Virus genome (UHGV): UHGV-0320987
DNA: 29,459 nt
Strand: one strand, 5' to 3'
From: a virus
The notes under the pieces are model-generated. The model was given only the letters and a program-made list of their open reading frames with translations, had not been told where the DNA came from and searched no databases. Within the stretch, counting starts at the first letter, position 1; every line of letters begins with the position of its first letter. Positions 7,990 to 16,946 of this stretch are shown here, piece after piece. Position numbers and translations under genes: made by a program.

Positions 7990-8625
7990 ATGCCACAACA
8001 ACTGCTGAATCCAGCAAAGGTAACTGAGGTTTTCGCTCATCTGAACGAAACTCCAGACAACCGCGCCCTGTATTCAGAGTTAGTGAACGGCAACGATGTC
8101 ACATCTGATGTCAAAGGCGTTTCTCTGGCTCCTGGATACCGCGTTGTCCGTGTAGACGATCGTAAGAAAGGCGAGATTCCACAGGCGCACTTTGAACTGT
8201 CATTGATAAATGACCTCACCGAAGAGGTAGTGTATTACAATCGTGTCATTATCCAGCCTGACAGCTATCTTAACTGCCGTCCTGTCACGCAGATATTGGT
8301 ATGGAGAACCCAGAAGCCTAAGCATCGTGCTGTGCTTCATGATTTCGCCGGCATCATCTTCATGAACTACCTCTTGGAACGGTACGATATCATCGTGTCT
8401 GATCGCAACCAGACTCATGAAGGCATGTCGTTCTGGCAGGCTCGCATGTATGACGCACTGGAACTTGGCCTCCACCTCTATGGTTACGACATGATGACAT
8501 GCGAGCTGATAGAGATGAATAACGAGGAAGAGCTTGAGAAAGGTGAAACCTGGTTATGGGGTGATGCGGAAAACTTCCAAAACAGATTGGCCATAATTTC
8601 AAAGCATAAGCTGCCAATAAAATAG
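7990..8625 (+). CDS. Hypothetical cytoplasmic protein (orphan cargo gene)
   Basis: 211 aa, no TM or signal peptide and no motif I recognise; GAGGTGA 5 nt upstream of the ATG; own operator copy upstream and own terminator downstream. Confidence 0.65.
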   Translation: MPQQLLNPAKVTEVFAHLNETPDNRALYSELVNGNDVTSDVKGVSLAPGYRVVRVDDRKKGEIPQAHFELSLINDLTEEVVYYNRVIIQPDSYLNCRPVTQILVWRTQKPKHRAVLHDFAGIIFMNYLLERYDIIVSDRNQTHEGMSFWQARMYDALELGLHLYGYDMMTCELIEMNNEEELEKGETWLWGDAENFQNRLAIISKHKLPIK

Positions 8626-8631
8626 TTCTTT

Positions 8632-8655
8632 AAGCCCGCGGCGCGGGCTTTTTTG
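8632..8655 (+). terminator. Intrinsic terminator after the 211-aa gene
   Basis: AAGCCCG-CGGCG-CGGGCTT hairpin followed by TTTTTT (8649-8654). Confidence 0.75.
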
Positions 8656-8685
8656 TGGACGAAACAAAAGTCAGTGCTACACTCA

Positions 8686-8713
8686 TTGACGCCACATTGA
8701 GGTGGCTTATAGA
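8686..8713 (+). promoter_or_regulatory. Candidate sigma70 promoter for the small secreted peptide gene
   Basis: TTGACG (-35, 8686-8691), 16-bp spacer, TATAGA (-10, 8708-8713); the predicted start site is only a few nt before ATG 8727, implying a very short leader. Confidence 0.4.
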
Positions 8714-8726
8714 TGGAAATGTCACA

Positions 8727-8888
8727 ATGAAAAAAGCATTTGCTGCACTGTTCGTTTTGTTGTCTCTGGTAGCTTCAACTCAGGCCTTTGCCGGTCGTTG
8801 TCAGCACGACAGCGATACTGCCGCTGACGGCTCCCGCTGCGGTGGGCGTTCTGCGGATTCCCGCCCGGGCGGCGGTGGCATTCGTTAA
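8727..8888 (+). CDS. Small secreted Cys/Gly-rich peptide (53-aa precursor)
   Basis: Classic Sec signal peptide MKKAFAALFVLLSLVASTQAFA with AxA cleavage site; about 31-aa mature part with two Cys and a Gly-rich tail; terminator directly after the stop. The ORF-track start at 8655 is a GTG inside the upstream terminator. Confidence 0.45.
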   Translation: MKKAFAALFVLLSLVASTQAFAGRCQHDSDTAADGSRCGGRSADSRPGGGGIR

Positions 8889-8916
8889 AAACAAGGCCGC
8901 GAAAGCGGCCTGTTTG
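8887..8916 (-). terminator. Intrinsic terminator ending the ejection-protein operon (also usable by the plus-strand peptide gene)
   Basis: AGGCCGC-GAAA-GCGGCCT hairpin (8894-8911); the minus strand reads the hairpin followed by TGTTTTTAA. Confidence 0.7.
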
Positions 8917-8917
8917 A

Positions 8918-9769
8918 TCACTGTGCAGTTTTCGCTGATCGATTTTCAGCTCTAAATTCAAGAACCGTTTCAATATTTCTTTCCTTCAGCATATCAATAA
9001 CATTTTTATTCATTTGACTATCACTGGTTAATAACTGGTAAACGTCGCTTCTCTCTTTATCAGAGTTTTCTTTAACAGCTGCTTTGCATGCCAAATGCTT
9101 ATTGAAATTTTCTACATCGCTAGTACAGGAATTTACGGCTGCTGATGAAATATCAGACGCTGAAGAAACACCATCATCCAAACGTTTTATAGCATTTTCT
9201 ATACATGAGTTAAGGGAATAAACGACAACTGAGCGATACCCTTCAGACGCACACCATTCTAAATTTCTTGAAGGATCGAGTGGTTTTACTTCGCTGGATT
9301 GAATTAACTTGTCAAAAACTGACTTATATTCAATCTGTTTTTTATCTATAGCCCATACTTCAGTAGCTGATTTATAATTCCCCGTATGCCTATTAACATC
9401 AAATCCATGTTTTATAAGCAAATCTGCCCATGAAAGATTTATTGATTCATTGTTATGAGGCCATTTTCCTGTCAGAACCGCCCCCATAGACCCCATATAT
9501 CCGCCATATGATGGTATAGCACCATGGCTCAGTAACTTCTCAGCAACCACAGGGCAATTAATTACATAAGAGGCGTAAAGCCCATTCCATAAAGCCCCTC
9601 TATAGTAATCGCCACGATTAGGTTCTTTTAAGTCGATAGCCTTTGATAATTGTTCACACGTTTTGCATGCATCAAAGTTATCCTTATTGCATTGCAATGA
9701 ACTGGCAGCTGTAGGATTTACAGAGACTATTGAAAGCACTATGCCAAAAAACAAATTTATTTTTTTCAT
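8918..9769 (-). CDS. Secreted protein of unknown function appended to the ejection-protein operon (possibly ankyrin-like repeats)
   Basis: 283 aa; signal peptide MKKINLFFGIVLSIVSVNPTAAS; AT-rich relative to neighbours; ATG 2 nt after the upstream stop; segments VAEKLLSHGAIPS and ADLLIKHGFDVNRHT resemble ankyrin-repeat helices (weak, from memory). Confidence 0.65.
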   Translation of the reverse strand: MKKINLFFGIVLSIVSVNPTAASSLQCNKDNFDACKTCEQLSKAIDLKEPNRGDYYRGALWNGLYASYVINCPVVAEKLLSHGAIPSYGGYMGSMGAVLTGKWPHNNESINLSWADLLIKHGFDVNRHTGNYKSATEVWAIDKKQIEYKSVFDKLIQSSEVKPLDPSRNLEWCASEGYRSVVVYSLNSCIENAIKRLDDGVSSASDISSAAVNSCTSDVENFNKHLACKAAVKENSDKERSDVYQLLTSDSQMNKNVIDMLKERNIETVLEFRAENRSAKTAQ

Positions 9770-9770
9770 C

Positions 9771-12700
9771 CTATTTCATCTGCTCTTCAACTTTATTTAG
9801 TAATGGTGATATCGCCCACAGGTTCTGAAAAGGTAGCATTTTACGGACCGCGTGGGTTTGCTGGCTGTCAAATTCTCCGTTAAGTACACCATTCGCAACC
9901 GTCGCGGCATCACCGCCAAGATCAAAGGTAGGACCAAGTAAAGCACCAATAGCATTACGACTCTGAAACCTTGATACCGGAGGCGCACCAAACATCGCGC
10001 CAAGACCAAACCTACCACCGCTTATGTTCTCAACGGTATTCAGCGGCTCAGAGAGCCAGCCAAGCATTCCGCCCCGGTCGATCCCCTCTTTCACAAGGTT
10101 ATTCCAGCTGTAGTCAATATCGCGACCGCTTAACTTCTGTTTCATCATATAGACCATTGAGCCAAGCGCAATCGTGCCAAGCGCACCAAGATAGAATGCA
10201 GCATCGCCCTGCTGGATACCAGATACCAGCACCCTGTTATGCTGTGCGAAGATAAACGTTTTGAACTGCGTGATCATCTTCCAGCCTTCTTTACTAAAAA
10301 ACAGCGGTGTATCACCTACGCCAGGCGTTACAATCACTGAGTCTACATCTTTCAGCACTGCAGACTGGAAAATCTCTCTAGCGAAACGGTCATCCCACAG
10401 ATGACTATGCCCGGTTAACAGCCCGTCCATATCCTCTCCGTGCTTCCCGAATTGCTCCCCGATTCGGCGCAGAACATCTTCATTGATGCCGACCTGTGCC
10501 ATCTTCCGCATTTCACTTTTGGAGAGCGTGCCACCAGCAGAAACTTGGCGAGCCGCGTCAAGTATCCTCGACTGCACTATCATCCCAGACCATGATTTAA
10601 GTGCGCTGTTCCACTGATTCATCAGCGTCCAGTTACCGAATTTCTGCGTCATCCAGTTCAGGCCTCGCTCAGCGGCGCTTCTCCGGCTATATGGGTCAGT
10701 AAGATCCGCTATAGCCTTTGTACGCGTAGACAGGACATAATCAAGCCCAACGGCCATTTCTCGCAAATCCCTGGTTGCAATCTTCACTGAGTCCATATTT
10801 TTAAGCATGCTTACCATTGGTCCGAGAGATTTTCTCAGGCCATGCTGCATCATCGGTCGCATCAGATCAGTTGCAGCGGAGACGGTCATTCCACCAAGCA
10901 AACGGAGGAAGTTAATATTCCTAGCAACTCGCCCGGCACGAACAAAGAAACTGCGTGGATCTTGAGGTGCACCGTAAGTACCAAGCAGTCGATCACGCAT
11001 AGCCGTAATATCCCTAATATCAGCCTCCCGTTGCTTCTCAAGAACTGCACGTCGTTTAGGTGTTTTAGCCTCTTTTATTAGCCGGGTATATTCCTCACTA
11101 ACCTGACGGATTTGCTCCCCCATATCTTTACGGCCAAACTGCGCAGTCAGCTCAATTTCTGGTGCCACCTGCCGGAGATAACTTTCCATGATGTAGTTAA
11201 CATCTGATTCAAGAAAATCTTCTATACGCTCATCAGGAATAAGCAGCGTTCTGCTTTTAGTGAAACCAGCCCGACCAACGAGTCTCTCTGGGATAATATC
11301 GGCTGGTACAAGCCCGGAAGGTGCGCCTATTATTTTATTCACGATCTCGTCAGCAGCGTCCTCTGCTTCCTCTCGGGATAGAGGCTCCATCTGCTTCAGT
11401 GCTCGTTCGCGGCTTGCATTCAGCCTTGTGGTTGAATTTGCCCGTTTTTGCAGTCGGCGAAGCTCAGAACGATATTTCCGTGGATTATCCAACAACTCCA
11501 TATGGCGCTGATAGACAGGAAGCTCACTCTTTGCCTGCGCTATATCATCAAGGCGTGTTTTAAGGTCAGAGCTTTCTTTCATCATTCTTGCCTGAAGTTT
11601 TTCTGATGAAGTCTCGGCCAACTCTTTTTCTATTCTTGTAAGACGCGCCTGTGTGTCAGTCTCCTGAGATATAAGCTTATTTCGTTTATCCAGTTCTTCC
11701 ATGAGTAGAATTTTTTTACCAGACCATTTCTCCGCTTCAGCGATTTCACTAGCGAGAGCATCAGCGCGCGGTGCCGATTCCTCTGCAGTTTTTAGCAATG
11801 AATTTATCCTTTCAATTCGCTGACCTGCTTTGTCAGCACCTTTGGCACTAATCCCTTGTATCCAGTTGGCAATTCGCCCTCTGAATTCAGTGCGGTCGGA
11901 AAGTATCTTATCGAACTTATAAATGCGGGGAAGATAACTTTTCGCCGTCACGACATCGATATCCTTAGGAAGGATCCCCAGTTCCTGCATACGGGCTTTT
12001 GTGGTCTCGAAAATGGGGCGGATTCTGGCGGCTGCTTGTGAAACCTCAGGAATATCACTCTGATCACCACGGCGCATAGCCATGCCAACAGCTTCATTGA
12101 AATCAATAAAGTTCATCCTCTTCACGCCGCGGGCGCTAACAGATTTGCTGTACTGCTGGTAAGCATCACGAGTGGCTTCCATCTGCTTATAAAGCATGGC
12201 GTCGTATTGCTTAATCTTAGTCTCGACTGCCGTAAACGTAGCCAACCCCTCATCATTTTTGGCGAAGAAATAGTTATTTTCGGCAAGCTGCTGGTTAATC
12301 TGACGGGAGACAAGAGATGGTGATTGCGCCAAGCGGCCAGCAGGAGTGACACTCAACGTTTTGTTAGCAAGTCCAAGTCCAGCGAGCTGTTCCTGATCGA
12401 GTGTGGTATTGAAAACCTGAGCTGCACCAATGCTTTGAGGAGAATCCATACCTCGCAAATGATTACCTACTGAGTTAACCACTGCCTCGCGCGCGCCAGG
12501 TCCAGCAAGTAGCTGTGCACCAGCACCAAGGATCCCACCAACGAGAGCATCAACAACAACGTTCGATACGCTCTCCATCGGTGAGCGAGCTTCCTGAGTG
12601 GCCTGTAATGCGGCCTCTGAAGCAACACTGCCAGCAGCATTCGCCAGGGCAAAACGCCCGGCTGTTTCTGCAATACGACCGCCACGAACGACAGCGCCGA

Positions 12701-13160
12701 ACGGAATAAACATAGAAATCGCATTGAATGGATCTGCTAATCTCATTGCTACAGAAGAGACTGTACCAGCAAATCCCAAGCCTGAATTGTATTCCATGTC
12801 AGCTCTCTGCTGATCGATTCGATGTTTAATTGCCATTGTTTCTTCAGGCGAACCGGAGTTGATAAACGAATCTGCAAAATCTTCATAGCCTTTAATATCT
12901 GCTGCATCGTTATCAAATGGGTTATATCCTTCAACCCTGTCAAACTGACTGAAAGGAGCACTGGCAATAAAGCTACCCAGCGTGTTATCTATACGAAATG
13001 CTGCTTGTCTAGACCTTTGAACGCGTTGATCACTGGTAAATGGGTTCACAGCAGAAAGCAAAGAAGGTGTTTCCATATAGAAATTACTGTCATCAGGTGC
13101 TGCTATTTGCTGAATATCCTCGCCAAGCAACTTTTTAGGATCCTGTTCATATATCGGCAT
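9771..13160 (-). CDS. Large internal virion / DNA-ejection protein (T7 gp16-like by position)
   Basis: 1129 aa, last large gene of the T7-like core-protein block; central coiled-coil region (ARLTRIEKELAETSSEKLQARMMKE...); start overlaps the upstream stop (TAATG). Confidence 0.6.
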   Translation of the reverse strand: MPIYEQDPKKLLGEDIQQIAAPDDSNFYMETPSLLSAVNPFTSDQRVQRSRQAAFRIDNTLGSFIASAPFSQFDRVEGYNPFDNDAADIKGYEDFADSFINSGSPEETMAIKHRIDQQRADMEYNSGLGFAGTVSSVAMRLADPFNAISMFIPFGAVVRGGRIAETAGRFALANAAGSVASEAALQATQEARSPMESVSNVVVDALVGGILGAGAQLLAGPGAREAVVNSVGNHLRGMDSPQSIGAAQVFNTTLDQEQLAGLGLANKTLSVTPAGRLAQSPSLVSRQINQQLAENNYFFAKNDEGLATFTAVETKIKQYDAMLYKQMEATRDAYQQYSKSVSARGVKRMNFIDFNEAVGMAMRRGDQSDIPEVSQAAARIRPIFETTKARMQELGILPKDIDVVTAKSYLPRIYKFDKILSDRTEFRGRIANWIQGISAKGADKAGQRIERINSLLKTAEESAPRADALASEIAEAEKWSGKKILLMEELDKRNKLISQETDTQARLTRIEKELAETSSEKLQARMMKESSDLKTRLDDIAQAKSELPVYQRHMELLDNPRKYRSELRRLQKRANSTTRLNASRERALKQMEPLSREEAEDAADEIVNKIIGAPSGLVPADIIPERLVGRAGFTKSRTLLIPDERIEDFLESDVNYIMESYLRQVAPEIELTAQFGRKDMGEQIRQVSEEYTRLIKEAKTPKRRAVLEKQREADIRDITAMRDRLLGTYGAPQDPRSFFVRAGRVARNINFLRLLGGMTVSAATDLMRPMMQHGLRKSLGPMVSMLKNMDSVKIATRDLREMAVGLDYVLSTRTKAIADLTDPYSRRSAAERGLNWMTQKFGNWTLMNQWNSALKSWSGMIVQSRILDAARQVSAGGTLSKSEMRKMAQVGINEDVLRRIGEQFGKHGEDMDGLLTGHSHLWDDRFAREIFQSAVLKDVDSVIVTPGVGDTPLFFSKEGWKMITQFKTFIFAQHNRVLVSGIQQGDAAFYLGALGTIALGSMVYMMKQKLSGRDIDYSWNNLVKEGIDRGGMLGWLSEPLNTVENISGGRFGLGAMFGAPPVSRFQSRNAIGALLGPTFDLGGDAATVANGVLNGEFDSQQTHAVRKMLPFQNLWAISPLLNKVEEQMK

Positions 13161-15907
13161 TATTTGCCCCCTGCGTATATATTGCTCGGAAGGTAATTGG
13201 CTGAACCATAACCGAATGGTTTGGTCAGATCTGGAGGAGTATATCCATCTTTATTGCTGAACTGCGGCAGCGGATTGCCTTCTCTCCGCACTCTAGCCTC
13301 ATCAACACGCTGTTGCTGGAACTGAATGGTTTGCCTGTACATTGGAGATGTCAGCTGATCCGGCTTGAAACGAACAGGGAGACCATTTTCTCCAATATAA
13401 TTTCTCGGTTCTATCGCTCCGTTTGCGTCAGGCTGTAAAACCATAACAGCATAACTCCTATCCCTTGCCGTAAGGCCATCAGAAACAAGTATTAAGTCCG
13501 TATCACTGCGAGGACCGCCAAAGGATTTTGATTTAAGCTCGCGTTTTTCCTGCTCCCACTGCCCCTGTATCCAGTTACCAGCACCATTATTTACTCCGTA
13601 CAATGCCTCAGGTGCATACTTCATAACCTCTGCTTTGCCATTAACCGTAGAAACTCCCCAAGTGGTTCTGATCATGGCATTGGTCATTTTCTCAGCCTGT
13701 TCTGCATCGCCACCTGTCTGTACAAAGTTAGCATCGTAAATTGTCTGGTAATCTCGCTGATAGGCCGCATTTGATTTTCCTGGATCGGTAATATCCGGAG
13801 ACCACGAACCAAAGGAAGTCAGACTGCTGGCGTTATTTTGTGCAGCAGTTGCCCTCGCCGCGACATATTTTTTGTCTCGCATGGCAGTGGAAAGCATCTG
13901 TTTCATTCGGTCATCCTGTTGGAACACCTGGCTGTAAGCCATATCAACAGCCTTATCCTCCGGCACGCCAGCGCGGGAATAATCGTAAACCTTGCCGTAA
14001 AATGCCATCGTACTTTTATCAAGTGTTGCCGCTGCCGCCGGATTATTATCGAATAACTGACCGTAGAATTTTGCCATCGGGACAACCAGCGCAGGATCTC
14101 TTGATGTTGCTCCACTGTTAAGCATTGTTTTAACCTGAGTTGGTATCATGCCGCTTTTAGTTGTGACGGTGACCAGTGTATTGATGCTCTGCGGATCAGA
14201 TATGGAAAACGAAGGCGCGATATCCTGCGCGAAATAACGGTCTACCGCTGCCTGATTGTTTTTGTCGTTCGGGTCCAGCGGGAAGTTATTTTGCATTGAA
14301 GACACGAACCTGTTTCTTCCCTGCTGAATCTCCCACTCCCTATCCATCTCTTTAAATTTGGCCTGCATTTTCTCCCAGCGTTGCTGGTTAGCTGCAAATC
14401 CAGGAGCGTTTGGATCCTGTGGACGTAAACGTTCAAGAATGTCTTGTCGTCCTTCTGGAGTGAGGTCTTTAGCGGCACCAATGACACCTCCATATTGTAT
14501 CTGCGCCTGCATATCCTTCCACTTCATAGCGCCAATGCGCGGACCATTGGCCCGGATAAAATCGTCCTCAGAAGGTAACTGCTCAGGTTTCAATCCTTCA
14601 TCAAGGGCTGAATATGCATCTTTAACTACGGTGCTAAGCTGGTCCGCATACTGCTGGCGGTACTGATTTCTCAGCTCATTAGCCTGCCTCAATGCCTGTA
14701 TTTGCATTTGAGGGCTCATAGCATCAAATGCCGCATTGCCCGTATAACGCTTAGGTGAATCAAGGTTAGTTAGACCAAGGGCTGCCGAGATACCAGTTTC
14801 AAGCTGTTCGGTGCTATAAGGCATACTGCCATTTTCGTGTTTAATAATCCCAGCACATAAAGCAGCTAGTGTCTTTGGGTTAGAGATATCAAGCTGATCA
14901 TTCTCCCCAACACCAAGCTCACCACACAATGCCCTAATATAAGCATCAGTATTATTACCATCACTAGCCGGAGCATAGCGATTAACAATCTCGCTAACGG
15001 TGTCATAGCCTTGACGCTGGTAAGACAACATATTTTTACCCAACGCGCGGATTCCATGCTCAGGGGTAGCAAACGTTGCAAAACGTCCATCGCTACCGAT
15101 CTGACCTTCCCACGGGTTAGATTTGCTCGCTTCAATATTACCAGGGTTATTATTACGTAACCCACGAGCATCCAATGAATTACCATGTGACATTGCACGA
15201 CTCACACCGTCAAGATCCCCTGGCTCTCCATTAACCTGAAGAAACTCGTTGTATTTTTGAGCGATATTTCCTATCCATGCTTGCTGCCCCATTTGTTCCT
15301 TGAGCTGAGTTTTCTGCTGAACACGCCACTCATCAGGAAGCCCATGCGCATCAGCGTATTGATCAATAGATTCAAATCGCTGCTTGGCTAAATCGACAAA
15401 TGCTTGGTTATCGCTATATAGCCCCGCAGACTGAGTGACAGCCAATGCATTTCCTGACAAATACGTTTGATCTTGGAATTGCTGAAACTGCCCAACTTCA
15501 TATCGACGTGCCTGATTGTAATAAGACTGCATAGACTGCTGGAGTTGAAAGGATAATTTATTCCTTTCCTCACTTTCAGGAATTGAGCCTAATAATGCCT
15601 GAGCCCTTTCCTGCATATTTTTCATAACAGCGTCACTCTGACCAAGAGCGTTTTTACCCTGTTTAGAAATCAGCCCATTTTCAGGGTTGTTAATCTGGTC
15701 ATCTGCAAATTGGTTAAATTGCAGTAACGCCTCCTGGGCCATAGCAACATTCGCTTTCTGCCTGGCTTCACCATATGCCACCGCATACTGATCTGCGACA
15801 TTCGCCAGCACCTGACCTGCTTGAGGAACATCGAAGGTCTGAAAACCACCGGTTTGCACACCACGACTTTGCACCTGGCGTCCGGATGTAGTAGGAACAA
15901 CAGGCAT
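13160..15907 (-). CDS. Internal virion / ejection protein (T7 gp15-like by position)
   Basis: 915 aa Q/A/N-rich protein between the gp14-like and gp16-like genes, with TGATG/TAATG overlaps on both sides. Confidence 0.55.
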   Translation of the reverse strand: MPVVPTTSGRQVQSRGVQTGGFQTFDVPQAGQVLANVADQYAVAYGEARQKANVAMAQEALLQFNQFADDQINNPENGLISKQGKNALGQSDAVMKNMQERAQALLGSIPESEERNKLSFQLQQSMQSYYNQARRYEVGQFQQFQDQTYLSGNALAVTQSAGLYSDNQAFVDLAKQRFESIDQYADAHGLPDEWRVQQKTQLKEQMGQQAWIGNIAQKYNEFLQVNGEPGDLDGVSRAMSHGNSLDARGLRNNNPGNIEASKSNPWEGQIGSDGRFATFATPEHGIRALGKNMLSYQRQGYDTVSEIVNRYAPASDGNNTDAYIRALCGELGVGENDQLDISNPKTLAALCAGIIKHENGSMPYSTEQLETGISAALGLTNLDSPKRYTGNAAFDAMSPQMQIQALRQANELRNQYRQQYADQLSTVVKDAYSALDEGLKPEQLPSEDDFIRANGPRIGAMKWKDMQAQIQYGGVIGAAKDLTPEGRQDILERLRPQDPNAPGFAANQQRWEKMQAKFKEMDREWEIQQGRNRFVSSMQNNFPLDPNDKNNQAAVDRYFAQDIAPSFSISDPQSINTLVTVTTKSGMIPTQVKTMLNSGATSRDPALVVPMAKFYGQLFDNNPAAAATLDKSTMAFYGKVYDYSRAGVPEDKAVDMAYSQVFQQDDRMKQMLSTAMRDKKYVAARATAAQNNASSLTSFGSWSPDITDPGKSNAAYQRDYQTIYDANFVQTGGDAEQAEKMTNAMIRTTWGVSTVNGKAEVMKYAPEALYGVNNGAGNWIQGQWEQEKRELKSKSFGGPRSDTDLILVSDGLTARDRSYAVMVLQPDANGAIEPRNYIGENGLPVRFKPDQLTSPMYRQTIQFQQQRVDEARVRREGNPLPQFSNKDGYTPPDLTKPFGYGSANYLPSNIYAGGK

Positions 15908-16482
15908 CAGTAACCTCCTATTTTGAATCGGGAGTCAGAATTCATAAAACCTGAGTTAGATAACATTGGCGTCCCACCACTAGATGTACTTCCTTTAGAG
16001 AACGGACTCCACGTCCCACCAAACATCTGGTACGCACCGTATGCCTTCAGAGGCGCAGTGAGCAATGTTGTTGCTGCTCCCACATTCCCCTGTTTACGGG
16101 CTGAACTGGCTTCTGCTTTATAGTTGGCAGCCTGAACCTGATAACCGTAAGCCTCGCGTTGCGCGTTATTCACCGTCGTCAGAGAATCAAGAGCGCCAAA
16201 CTGGGCAGTGTCGCCAAATATATCCAGCGCGTTACCTGTAGATAAATCAGCGCCGGTAGCCCCCATTGTCGCCGCCTGTGTACCAAGCCGCTGTCGGGTC
16301 TCTCTGCGCCGTTGCTCAGCTTCAGCGTTACCTCTGTTTATTGCATCATTTGCCTGAGCTGTGGCTATATCTGCGTTCGCTTCTGCAACCTTCGAGGCAT
16401 ACTTTCCCTGTTGGTACTGGGTGTATGCCTGAATGCCACTCATGGCGAGCATTGCGCCACCAGCAATAACCGGATCGCACAT
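15907..16482 (-). CDS. Internal virion protein (T7 gp14-like by position)
   Basis: 191 aa, Ala/Gly/Gln-rich with hydrophobic N-terminus; translationally coupled to its neighbours. Confidence 0.5.
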   Translation of the reverse strand: MCDPVIAGGAMLAMSGIQAYTQYQQGKYASKVAEANADIATAQANDAINRGNAEAEQRRRETRQRLGTQAATMGATGADLSTGNALDIFGDTAQFGALDSLTTVNNAQREAYGYQVQAANYKAEASSARKQGNVGAATTLLTAPLKAYGAYQMFGGTWSPFSKGSTSSGGTPMLSNSGFMNSDSRFKIGGY

Positions 16483-16946
16483 TATTTTCTCTCCATGTGA
16501 AATCTGTGGAAATTAAGACCAAGAGCACCATAAGGCGCGGCTTCTTCAAGCCTGAATCCAAGCCAGTGCAGCCATGCTTTGGCAACATGGTTTCGCTCGT
16601 CGACATAGTTTTCCAGGCGCGGATAAACTGCCAGCATCTGCTGCAATACAGGGCGGCAGTGGCGAAGAAATGTCTTCTGATATTTTTCGATACGGCTGGT
16701 TCCGACCAGCCAGGGCGTACCATTGCCACCGATCATTGACGCCGGAGATACGCCAAACATGGTTACCAGTTCTCCGTTCGCAAATCCTGACCAGGCCATA
16801 GTCGCAGTACGCAGACCAACACGCAGCGCATCTTCGGTAGTCATCAGTGATACCGCATACAGTTCGTCAATATCAGCCTGACGAACATCCGGCAAAATCA
16901 TCTGAAGATGCTCTTCGGTTGCGGGAATAATTTGAACATCGATCAT
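16482..16946 (-). CDS. Internal virion protein (T7 gp13-like by position)
   Basis: 154 aa ORF immediately after the nozzle gene with overlapping stop/start; assignment is by synteny only. Confidence 0.45.
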   Translation of the reverse strand: MIDVQIIPATEEHLQMILPDVRQADIDELYAVSLMTTEDALRVGLRTATMAWSGFANGELVTMFGVSPASMIGGNGTPWLVGTSRIEKYQKTFLRHCRPVLQQMLAVYPRLENYVDERNHVAKAWLHWLGFRLEEAAPYGALGLNFHRFHMERK

